Source: a virus
Direction: 5' to 3' (one strand)
Length of the DNA stretch: 64,000 nucleotides
Virus record (IMG/VR): IMGVR_UViG_3300047471_000466
Coordinates: 15,248 to 79,247 of that record
Each line of letters opens with the position of its first letter. Positions within the stretch are counted from its first letter, which is position 1. The translations under genes were made by a program, and so were the position numbers. The notes under the pieces are model-generated. The model ran no database searches. It saw only the letters and a program-made list of their open reading frames with translations, and was not told the origin of the DNA. This document shows, piece by piece, positions 19,202 through 26,811 of this stretch.

Positions 19202-19340
19202 GAAAAAAGATAAGAAATGGATCCAGAAAGCGGTGAATCCTGATCATAAAGGATACTGCACCCCTATGAGTAAAGCTACTTGTACGCCGCGGCGAAAAGC
19301 TCTGGCGAGGACGTTTAAGAAGATGGCGAAGGACCGTTAG
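19194..19340 (+). CDS. Small basic protein (48 aa; not in the ORF track)
   Basis: Strong SD aaggaggtga; MAEKKDKKWIQKAV...RRKALARTFKKMAK. Confidence 0.65.
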   Translation: MAEKKDKKWIQKAVNPDHKGYCTPMSKATCTPRRKALARTFKKMAKDR

Positions 19341-19343
19341 AGT

Positions 19344-19907
19344 TTAGATATCTTCCAACGTGTAGATAGTTTTAACTTTAAGTGTGTTCGCGGGGTTGCC
19401 CCCAGTCCAAGAAGTCGGATTGGAAGAAAAGGTTAGTAACTGTAGCGGTTGGTTGTTGTATATTGAAGCCACCCCTGGCTGTTCCGTTACCCCATAGCCG
19501 TGGGTAGAGAAAGCTTGTATCCACGGCCTGAGAACAAGAAGATTAGAAGTGCCGAACGTGTTACCAAAAAAATCAGTTAGATTTGTTACGCTTTCGGCGG
19601 CGAGATCGTAGCAAGCGGTGGAGGTAGTGGTATAAATATCGTCGCCATCAACCCATCCACTATACGCTCCTCCTTCAAAATGACTGGTCAGTATTACTTG
19701 AAGAATAGAAATCCATTTGTTTAGCCCGGGAGCCGCGATAAGATTTACGGGAGTACTCGGTAGCGTTTTGATTTGTGCGTCTGTTAGTATCGTGGTGGAG
19801 GTCAGTATACCAGAACTATCGTTTCCGCCGTCTTCTACTACTTCTAAAACCGGAAGCGTTTCTCCATTAACAACAACAAAAGCGGTACCAGGTAAATGAG
19901 CAGCCAT
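19344..19907 (-). CDS. Probable virion accessory/decoration protein
   Basis: Start revised to MAAHLPG (19907); LTDAQIKTLPSTPVNLIAAPG segment; N-terminus shared with 20740..21678. Confidence 0.6.
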   Translation of the reverse strand: MAAHLPGTAFVVVNGETLPVLEVVEDGGNDSSGILTSTTILTDAQIKTLPSTPVNLIAAPGLNKWISILQVILTSHFEGGAYSGWVDGDDIYTTTSTACYDLAAESVTNLTDFFGNTFGTSNLLVLRPWIQAFSTHGYGVTEQPGVASIYNNQPLQLLTFSSNPTSWTGGNPANTLKVKTIYTLEDI

Positions 19908-19912
19908 ACGAA

Positions 19913-19940
19913 AGAATACTAGATCTTTATGATTTGACAA
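19913..19940 (-). promoter_or_regulatory. Sigma70-like promoter, likely leaderless transcript
   Basis: TTGTCA-N16-TATTCT, 5 nt before the ATG; conserved in the paralogous copy at 21684-21711. Confidence 0.55.
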
Positions 19941-19973
19941 GGCGCGGACTTTTAAAAAATTGGCGAAGAGTCG

Positions 19974-20738
19974 CTAGGAAAAACAACGTCCTAAAAACGA
20001 AATGAAATCGTCTCCCAGCGCCGCTGTGAAATTCGATGGGTCGCCATGATCTCCTGTCGTTAATATGCAGGTTGCTTCAGTCGCATGTCCCGTTGCCAGA
20101 GTTACTAAAGCTTGTCCGTGCTGATTCACTGGAACTGTTGCGTCGGCTAATGAACCCATGCAGCGTAATCTGAGACCATTAAATGCGGAAGCTGCGAACT
20201 GCATCGGATCGCGGCCTGTTGTGCCTGTGGGGTAACTTGGAAACGCGATGTTTATTGAAGCAGTCAGATTGGCGTTCCCGTGCGCCACAGAAAGATCACA
20301 TACCGGAAAGATACCGTGCCAGCCCTTAACAGTTACGCCTGGAAATCCTTGGGTCGCCTTCATTAGGCCCAGCGGTCCACCTGCACTTCCGCCCGTCAGT
20401 ACAACTTCAGTAACCCCGTAATTCGCCACGAGATACGCCACAAGATTTTCACAAGCGGTCTGCGCGGTCGGGTTATCCCATTGATTGGGTCCCCCCATCA
20501 TACAGGCCGCATTCAAGTATCTATTCTCTATAGCTTTCGACCAGTAGTAGTGATTGAGAGTGGGAATTGTAAGACTGAATTCATTCATGTTACTGACGAA
20601 CTGCCCCAAACCGTGGCACCATACCAGAGCCGTACCAGCGATGCGGTTTGTAGGAACCATGATCCTGGCCAAGTCTCCTGAAATTGTGGTATCAACTATT
20701 GAGTAGCTACCAGTTATAGAGCCGCCCGACGATTTCAT
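19974..20738 (-). CDS. Alpha/beta-hydrolase (esterase-like)
   Basis: Oxyanion HGLG, nucleophile elbow GGSAGG, acid in GSLADATVP, His in GDHG. Confidence 0.8.
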   Translation of the reverse strand: MKSSGGSITGSYSIVDTTISGDLARIMVPTNRIAGTALVWCHGLGQFVSNMNEFSLTIPTLNHYYWSKAIENRYLNAACMMGGPNQWDNPTAQTACENLVAYLVANYGVTEVVLTGGSAGGPLGLMKATQGFPGVTVKGWHGIFPVCDLSVAHGNANLTASINIAFPSYPTGTTGRDPMQFAASAFNGLRLRCMGSLADATVPVNQHGQALVTLATGHATEATCILTTGDHGDPSNFTAALGDDFISFLGRCFS

Positions 20739-20739
20739 T

Positions 20740-21678
20740 TTAGTTGTTTATGAACGCGAACAATCCTGAATTTCCAGAGCCACCCAAAAAGGATCCGCCC
20801 AAAAAGTTTACTCCGGAATCGCCCCATTCATTCCAACTTATGTAATGATACCCCAATCCGGGGGTTCCTTTATAATTGGCGGTTAATGGTATAATTGAAG
20901 TAGCTGCTGCGCTCATAATAGCCATGATTCCTGAAAAAGAGGTAGTTGTGTCTATTCCTATACCTGACCCAACTGAGCCTGCAGATACCACGCTAGTCAT
21001 TAGTGTGGCTTCGACCATGTCGGTAGCATATCCTGTTACATATTCAACCTTGTTACCAGAAATTCCGTGAGCCTGTCGAATCGCACTTAGTTCATAGGCC
21101 CAACTTGCGGCGGTATCAATGACTCCTAAAGCACGAGTTACTTGGTTATAGGCGTTCCCAACAAATCGTTTCCCTCCCACATTAGTAACTGTTCCTCCTT
21201 CGCTATCTTCTGTGACATTAGTCCCACTCGCACGAACCCACCCAATCCATAATTTTGTATGGTCGCTGGCAAGAACAGTAACACCATCCTGTGTTCCTAA
21301 AGCATCTGCGCGGGTTGTGTCGTTCGTCCACGCCGATGATAGGCTTAACGCTGTTGCGGCGGAGTTAACAAAAACGTCATAGTTTTTTCCACTTGTGATC
21401 GTAAGCGAAAGCGAGATTTCCGAAAATGTCTTAGCCTGCCAAGCCGTTCCATTCCAAGTGTTAACATTGTTGTGGATGAAGGGCGTGTAATAAAGAGTTC
21501 CTTGATTCGTTCGATCAACTGTTGAGATAGCAACACCTGATTCCGTTGTTAACCTACCTCCCGGAATATTGAAAACAACGTTAGCGGTTCCGCTTCCGCC
21601 GTCTTCTACTACTTCTAAAAATGGGAGGGTTTGCCCGTTTACAACAACAAATGCAGTTCCCGGTAAGTTAGCGGCCAT
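20740..21678 (-). CDS. Tail fibre/appendage-like protein
   Basis: Start revised to MAANLPG (21678); G/T/S-rich beta-type composition; GGRLTTESG..TLYYTPF segment. Confidence 0.6.
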   Translation of the reverse strand: MAANLPGTAFVVVNGQTLPFLEVVEDGGSGTANVVFNIPGGRLTTESGVAISTVDRTNQGTLYYTPFIHNNVNTWNGTAWQAKTFSEISLSLTITSGKNYDVFVNSAATALSLSSAWTNDTTRADALGTQDGVTVLASDHTKLWIGWVRASGTNVTEDSEGGTVTNVGGKRFVGNAYNQVTRALGVIDTAASWAYELSAIRQAHGISGNKVEYVTGYATDMVEATLMTSVVSAGSVGSGIGIDTTTSFSGIMAIMSAAATSIIPLTANYKGTPGLGYHYISWNEWGDSGVNFLGGSFLGGSGNSGLFAFINN

Positions 21679-21683
21679 GAGAC

Positions 21684-21734
21684 ATAATACTAAGTCTTTA
21701 TGATTTGACAAGGCGCGAACTTTTGTTTTAGATT
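21684..21734. promoter_or_regulatory. Overlapping divergent promoters sharing one -35 region
   Basis: Minus strand TTGTCA-N16-TATTAT-N5-ATG; plus strand TTGACA(21705)-N18-TAGATT-N5-ATG(21740). Confidence 0.5.
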
Positions 21735-21739
21735 TTGGT

Positions 21740-22042
21740 ATGAAGAAAATCATACTAGCGGTATTTGCCGCACTGTTAATGGGAAGTGCCATCGCCAAGT
21801 CTGATGTTGTTATCGGATACGATGGTGACTGTCAGGTGTACTTCAGACCCGACTACGGATACTTCGAGGTCTGTGAACAACAGGCTCCCGTCTTTTTAGG
21901 CGCGGAGTTCGACGTTCATACGTTTCGCCGAGGATTCCGGGAAGGACCTAACTTCCACGAACACTTCGGTCGGCACTGGTCTGGGCCCCAGACTAGATAT
22001 GAAACCAGGGAAACCATTACCGAACATCGCAGGGGCCGGTAA
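21740..22042 (+). CDS. Small secreted/periplasmic protein
   Basis: Classical signal peptide MKKIILAVFAALLMGSAIA; has its own promoter and downstream hairpin. Confidence 0.7.
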   Translation: MKKIILAVFAALLMGSAIAKSDVVIGYDGDCQVYFRPDYGYFEVCEQQAPVFLGAEFDVHTFRRGFREGPNFHEHFGRHWSGPQTRYETRETITEHRRGR

Positions 22043-22049
22043 ATAACCT

Positions 22050-22089
22050 AATGCGCGTAGTTGACATATTTGTCGATTACGCGCATTTT
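22050..22089 (+). terminator. 17-bp hairpin terminator that contains a TTGACA promoter
   Basis: aatgcgcgtagttgaca-tatt-tgtcgattacgcgcatt; TTGACA(22061)-N17-CATTTT-N5-ATG(22095). Confidence 0.55.
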
Positions 22090-22094
22090 CTCAT

Positions 22095-22262
22095 ATGAAT
22101 CTAATACCACTAATTCTACAAATCATCGCGCTGATCCTGTTGTTCATGGCTTCGATAGGAAAGAGTAATATCTTTTCTGGTAAGATGCAGACATTCCCGT
22201 TAGGGATGTTCTTCTGGTTGGCGAGTCTGATGGTTACCCTTGGAATCCACGAAGCGCACTAA
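22095..22262 (+). CDS. Small two-TM membrane protein (55 aa; not in the ORF track)
   Basis: MNLIPLILQIIALILLFMASIGK...FPLGMFFWLASLMVTLGIHEAH; TAATG coupling to the next gene. Confidence 0.65.
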   Translation: MNLIPLILQIIALILLFMASIGKSNIFSGKMQTFPLGMFFWLASLMVTLGIHEAH

Positions 22263-22453
22263 TGCCCGCTAAATCTGTAGCCCAGCGTCGTCTCATGGCC
22301 GCTGCTGAACATGGGGCCAGCTTTCCCATGGCCAAGCAGATTAGGAAATCCATGACTCATAAGCAGATGCACGATTTCGCCTCAACCCCAGAACAAGGGT
22401 TACCTAGAAAAAAGAAGAAACGCGGCCCGCTCTCGGATTACGAAATGCCGTGA
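22262..22453 (+). CDS. DUF3008-like small basic protein
   Basis: MPAKSVAQRR...SMTHKQMHDFAST...GLP.KKK. Confidence 0.7.
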   Translation: MPAKSVAQRRLMAAAEHGASFPMAKQIRKSMTHKQMHDFASTPEQGLPRKKKKRGPLSDYEMP

Positions 22454-23454
22454 GCTAGGAAGTGTTTCCAAAAAGGAAATCCTCGCTCGTTGTGTTTGTT
22501 TAAAGCCCTCTCGCCTCTGTGGCCTTGATTCTCCAGCAATAGTCTAATTCCTACTTCTGCCACTTCGACCACATTGTCGGGTTCTGCCTTCCATTGCTCG
22601 GGGGCCCATCGTATAACCGGAGATACGACAGAAGGAACGCCTACTGAAATCCCGTCTGCAGTAATCATATTAAAAGATTCAGTGTAGGAGAGTTGGAGTA
22701 AGAGATCCATTTTGCCAATAAGTTTTATGAATCGATCCCAGCTATCCCAATCATGTTTGATTAGTTCAACTGAGGGCAATCCTTCCACCATTTCTTCTAT
22801 GGCGGGCAGAGTTGTAGATTTACAGCCGTCGCCTCCGGTAGACATATGGAGTCTTAGCGGAACGTTTAACTGATTCTGTATCACCAGTGCTGCCGCAGCC
22901 GCGGTCATAAAATTTTTCTCAGGCCTGATCGCGCCGAAAGCCCCGATATTCAGAACGTCCGAATTCCATCGTTTTCCGTGGATGTGGCCGATAGGATACA
23001 GGTTTGGCAGTAAAACACAGTTCTCGTTGTAGACAGCCCGGAACCAATGAACAAACGAGTAGTTGTTTCCACCTACCATAAAGTTATCCACGGTCTCAGA
23101 GAATTCTGCATATAGGCGAAATAGCTTAATCGCGTTTGGATCCGCCTGTAGGAAGCCGATGTTCGAATGGGACAGAACCGCGAACTTAGTATGATGAAAG
23201 TGCCTGATAAGGCTTTTAAGATCGTGGAGAGTTAACCAGGGAGCGGAGATTACTACGTGGGTAAAAGGACGTAGTTGATGTCTCGCCTTATCCAGGATTT
23301 TTACCACATCCACATTATGTCTTACGGCAAAAGCTTCCGCGTCTATTCCTTTCCCCCGCAGGTATTTCGCCGTGGTGTACCCGGCTACGTTTAATCCTAC
23401 ACAACTAGATCGAACCCAGTGAGCGAAGTCTTTGAAGAATATGGCAAGTCTCAT
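22438..23454 (-). CDS. GT-B fold glycosyltransferase (GT4-like)
   Basis: GAFGAIRPEKN and MDLLLQLSYTESFNMITADGISVGVPSV; extended -10 TGcTATACT 8 nt upstream of the ATG. Confidence 0.75.
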   Translation of the reverse strand: MRLAIFFKDFAHWVRSSCVGLNVAGYTTAKYLRGKGIDAEAFAVRHNVDVVKILDKARHQLRPFTHVVISAPWLTLHDLKSLIRHFHHTKFAVLSHSNIGFLQADPNAIKLFRLYAEFSETVDNFMVGGNNYSFVHWFRAVYNENCVLLPNLYPIGHIHGKRWNSDVLNIGAFGAIRPEKNFMTAAAAALVIQNQLNVPLRLHMSTGGDGCKSTTLPAIEEMVEGLPSVELIKHDWDSWDRFIKLIGKMDLLLQLSYTESFNMITADGISVGVPSVVSPVIRWAPEQWKAEPDNVVEVAEVGIRLLLENQGHRGERALNKHNERGFPFWKHFLAHGIS

Positions 23455-23841
23455 GTGGTTTTAGTATAGCATGAAATTTCTAGAAAAAAATTTTTCTCTG
23501 TCGGTGATATACGCTCACACGCGGGACAGTATGGGGACGTGACGCGATAGGGGCGGGGCGGTCTGATGCAGCCCTAGTAGTGCAGACACGATCTGCACCC
23601 AGTAAAGGGTAAACGGATGAAGTCAGTAGGTAGTAGTAGGTAGTGAGATTTCTCTGGGGAATGTCAGACGCCTTGACAGTGTTGCGAGTAGCCTTGGCAC
23701 AGTGTAGTAGATGCAATCACTACATTCGGAAGGACGCAATAGCGAGTAGCTCAACAAGCGTAAGCAAACCTGCACAGCCCTCACTGAACGACGAATAGAC
23801 CAAACTTCAAGCCAGAAAAAGCCAGTGAACCTGTATCACTG

Positions 23842-24242
23842 AAGCACTGCTGCACTGACCTATGCATAACATACATAGGTTAGACAACATAGCGGAAGTT
23901 AGACATGTAGTTGAAGCTGTGCTGCTCCCCAAGCGGGGACAGTCAGCCATGACTGCAATCTATCGAAACGGGAGAACATTCGGAAAAGTGCCGATGCGCG
24001 CCTTCACAGGTAGCAAAGGTCGTTGCCGTGAGGCTTCACGTTGGGAATTCAATCCCCAAACGTTGAAGGAAGCGGAAGTTTTCCGGGGCAAGCGCGAAGA
24101 TCGTAGTAAGCACATTACTGCATGGTCACCTTGCCCAACTGCGCCAATCGAAACTCCAATGAGTTTTTACCAGCGCAATATGTTCAAACGTTTCCACCGT
24201 GTAGCCTCGTAAGAGGCTGCATAGGTCAGTGTAGTAATGCTT
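23842..24242 (+). ncRNA. Candidate structured RNA domain (~400 nt) closed by a 25-bp long-range helix
   Basis: 23842-23866 pairs with 24218-24242 at 24/25 positions (2 G-U); multiple internal hairpins; encloses a possible 87-aa ORF at 23949-24212. Confidence 0.55.
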
Positions 24243-24249
24243 ATTACAA

Positions 24250-24455
24250 CTTTGCGATATTGCTTCAATGTCGCATTGCACCAGTGATTCAAGGTCGCAT
24301 CCCTGAATTATTATGCGTTGGCTATAACAACGCTTTAAGGGTGAATGAGCATCACAACACTATGGGCACGCTAGGTGTTTAGTGTGACAGGCACGTTATG
24401 TGTCTGTCTGTGATTCTGCTAGGTCATATTGTTGCATTGGTGCAATGTCGCAAGG
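24250..24455 (+). ncRNA. Candidate structured RNA domain (~205 nt)
   Basis: 24250-24270 pairs with 24435-24455 at 20/21 positions (with G-U); internal hairpins such as gacaggcacg/tgtgtctgtc. Confidence 0.5.
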
Positions 24456-24548
24456 CTACATAGGTGAATAGTTTAATTCAACTAATGTTTTGTGGCGTTT
24501 GCGTGGTGCAACGGACTTGGCAGATAACAGACAGCGAAAGGAACAACT

Positions 24549-25019
24549 ATGGACAACCAAATTGTTCCCGCAAACTCTGTTACGTTGGCAGAGATTGATG
24601 AGTCGGAAGACTTGGGTCAATACAACAAGCCAACTGTGTCTGCGTTCATCGCAGCACAGCACGGCATCGTATTGTCCAAGGGCAATCGCAATCTCAAGTT
24701 TATTGTGGCTTCACTTGTGAAGTCCGGTAAAACTGAGGCGGCTGCAAAAGACCTCGTTAAACTCGGTCGCAAAGCGCATGATAAGCATGTTGCCGGATAT
24801 TACAAAAATATCCGTGCGGTCAATGCTGTCATTGCGGCAGACCCCGATTATCGCCAGTCCATGAAAGTCTGGCGCAATAAAAAGGGTGATCTTTGTGCCA
24901 ACACGATGTACCGCAAAGCGGGTGTCGTGTCCTCTGCAACGTATGAGGCAATGCGGGACGAATTGGCTGCGCTCAAGGCAATTGTGAAAACATTGCCTGC
25001 TGCGCCAGTCAAGGCGTAA
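24549..25019 (+). CDS. Hypothetical early protein (Ala/Lys-rich)
   Basis: SD gaaagga before the ATG; ends in a processing-type hairpin. Confidence 0.8.
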   Translation: MDNQIVPANSVTLAEIDESEDLGQYNKPTVSAFIAAQHGIVLSKGNRNLKFIVASLVKSGKTEAAAKDLVKLGRKAHDKHVAGYYKNIRAVNAVIAADPDYRQSMKVWRNKKGDLCANTMYRKAGVVSSATYEAMRDELAALKAIVKTLPAAPVKA

Positions 25020-25074
25020 ATCGGTGTCTGCTGCAATGCTCAATGGTAGCATTGCAGCAGCAATCGCTTTATGC
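25014..25074 (+). promoter_or_regulatory. Intergenic internal-loop hairpin H1 (RNase III-site-like)
   Basis: cggt-GT-ctgctgcaatgct-caatggt-agcattgcagcag-CA-atcg plus a lower stem containing the stop codon. Confidence 0.55.
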
Positions 25075-25147
25075 GAATGAAAAGTCTGAGGCTTTGGCCT
25101 TTGCCGCCAATATAAGACTCAGCATAGCGTTCGCATAAAGCACAACT

Positions 25148-25288
25148 GTGGAAAAGCTAATCGTCCAAATAATCCGACGACTTGACGCTCCATGCTATGG
25201 CGATTTGCCGCTAACTGCGGCTACTCTCGCCAATATCTTGGAGCAGGAGTTGCTGGATTATACTGTCGCCCAAGAGGCGAAACAATAG
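25148..25288 (+). CDS. Small hypothetical protein (46 aa; not in the ORF track)
   Basis: GTG 25148 to TAG, MEKLIVQIIRRLDAP...; followed by hairpin H2. Confidence 0.5.
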   Translation: MEKLIVQIIRRLDAPCYGDLPLTAATLANILEQELLDYTVAQEAKQ

Positions 25289-25290
25289 TT

Positions 25291-25327
25291 GCGGTGTCGG
25301 CTGCTCCTTAGGGAGCAGCTTGACCGC
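25291..25327 (+). promoter_or_regulatory. Intergenic internal-loop hairpin H2
   Basis: gcggt-GTC-ggctgctcc-ttag-ggagcagct-TG-accgc. Confidence 0.5.
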
Positions 25328-25486
25328 TATTACGCGGAATAGTTAGGCGACTTATCGCCTTGTGCGGCGCATGGAACGCCTGTGGGAAAGGGAGACTTGT
25401 CTCCATGAAACACATCCATGCCACAAGCCACAGTGTAACTCAGGCAGGTTCTTCAGCACCGTAAACCTTGAAAGTGAAAAACGGGC

Positions 25487-26335
25487 TTATTGTCGTAATG
25501 CGACACTGCTGCCTTGCAACAGGGTTCCGTGAAAAATTGGCACGGCGGAAAGCCAATACCGATGTTGCAAGGTAGCCAGTCGCATTGTGAAATGCCAGCG
25601 GCGGGCTAATAGCCGTGTGTCGAAAGATACCAAACAGAAGCAATGCGGCCTTCCGTCTCCTAAGGTGAGAGTGAGACACATATAGAACTGGGCGCACGTT
25701 GCGTCCACAAGCAGGTTCGTATGGTAAGAGTAACGGGCGGCGGCCATAGCTGCGTAAGGTTTCCCGACGCCTAGACGAATAGATGAAGACCTGACAACAG
25801 CGTGTAGGAGCGATTGAGGTTGATAGTTCCAATCAGCATTGCTCTGAATCTAAAACGAACGTGCTATCTCTGCGGCAGTCTCTTTTTGGTGATGGAGCCG
25901 TGGGTATGAAACCAACGCAGGTTGGGAAGCTGCGATATCAAGGTTCCGCAAATAGAACGATGCAATAATAGCATTGCGACGTGCTGCGGCGTGGATGGTT
26001 GCTATTCTATTCCACGCCGTAGTGGTCGCGGTGTAAAGAAGTTAACGGGTAAAGTCCACCCTTTTGTGGTTCCGTGCTTGCTCCTCTGCGACGTGAATGT
26101 TGCTACGATAATGCGCATCGTGTTGCGACACTGCAGCATTGTTTCAAGGTGCCATAATAAATTCAGGCAAGGCAGTCTGATACCTGTGAGCAATGCTGCA
26201 TAGCCGCAATACTCCCGATTGCAGCACAATCGGTGTCGGTATTGCAAGGCTGACCTAACAGCTACAATCAAATGGGCATAGCGGAAGTGTAGTTCCGCCT
26301 TGGTGTTTGCGACACACGCGGCATTACGACGGTAG
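25487..26335 (+). ncRNA. Candidate large structured non-coding RNA (~850 nt)
   Basis: No credible ORF; ends pair 15/15 (25487-25501 with 26321-26335); long internal helices rich in G-U pairs, a GAAA tetraloop and crossing helices. Confidence 0.65.
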
Positions 26336-26368
26336 TGCTGCGGAGCCGCAATTCTGCGGAAAAAGGGG

Positions 26369-26554
26369 GTGAGTTATATAAAAGCTGAAGTAAAAAACAA
26401 TACTTTGTTTATTGAGATTCCACTCCAAACACCCACGGCCAGCGGTTCGGGCAAGAATCTTGTGATTGCCTCGACTCACGGAATCACGGTGTCTGGAGCA
26501 TCTTTCAATGGCAATCCCGTCAAAATCGGGCTAAATGCCTTTGTGAAGGCGTAA
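26369..26554 (+). CDS. Small conserved beta-rich protein (SxSGKxxxIAST motif)
   Basis: L.IEIPL...SGSGKNLVIASTHG...KIGLNAF resembles a widespread uncharacterised small-protein family. Confidence 0.75.
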   Translation: MSYIKAEVKNNTLFIEIPLQTPTASGSGKNLVIASTHGITVSGASFNGNPVKIGLNAFVKA

Positions 26555-26602
26555 TTCTCGAAGTCGTGGCTCTGGCAACAGAGCCACGCATTCGGTAATT
26601 GT
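26551..26602 (+). promoter_or_regulatory. Intergenic internal-loop hairpin H3
   Basis: cgaa-GT-cgtggctctg-gcaa-cagagccacg-CA-ttcg. Confidence 0.55.
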
Positions 26603-26633
26603 AGTGAGTTCGATTGTGGACTTAAAATTACCA

Positions 26634-26811
26634 AGCCACGCATGGTAAACAAACCGTGCTGTTTGCAATCCTGTAAGCCGTGGCTAAATACTTTGTGTGA
26701 GTGAGATAATCAGGTGAGGTATGCGCTACCAAAATACTGACGATGGAAAAGCTGGTAAAGGATGAGGAGCGCAGGTTAATCCTTGGCTTGAATCCCTACC
26801 CACTCACACAA
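26634..26811 (+). ncRNA. Two adjacent candidate structured RNA modules
   Basis: agccacg/cgtggct (26634-26685) and perfect 11-bp ttgtgtgagtg/cactcacacaa (26693-26811) closing stems; non-coding. Confidence 0.45.

Noticed and set aside
24250-24455. 6S RNA, on the basis of size and closing stem
   Set aside because: The interior is multibranched rather than a rod with a central bubble
25895-25923. gagccgtgggtatgaaaccaacgcaggtt resembles group II intron domain V
   Set aside because: Pairing is poorer than a real D5, no D6 or splice boundary follows, no gene is interrupted and no maturase is present
25477-26057. RNase P-like words (aaaaacgggcttat, cctagacgaat, gggtaaagtcc)
   Set aside because: They occur in the wrong order and the P4 pairing is too short; likely chance
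25440-26271. ORF-track entries of 86-130 aa inside the large structured region
   Set aside because: Atypical Arg/Cys-rich composition, mutual overlap on both strands and no evident ribosome-binding sites
23888-26288. Shared words catagcggaagt (23888, 26277) and gacgaataga (23790, 25774) suggesting homology between RNA domains
   Set aside because: One 12-mer and one 10-mer repeat within about 3 kb are within chance expectation; worth revisiting only if homologues conserve them
26737-26749. ctgacga..gaaa hammerhead-like core
   Set aside because: Only 2 nt separate the two core strands, so stem II cannot form, and no convincing stem III/cleavage triplet was found
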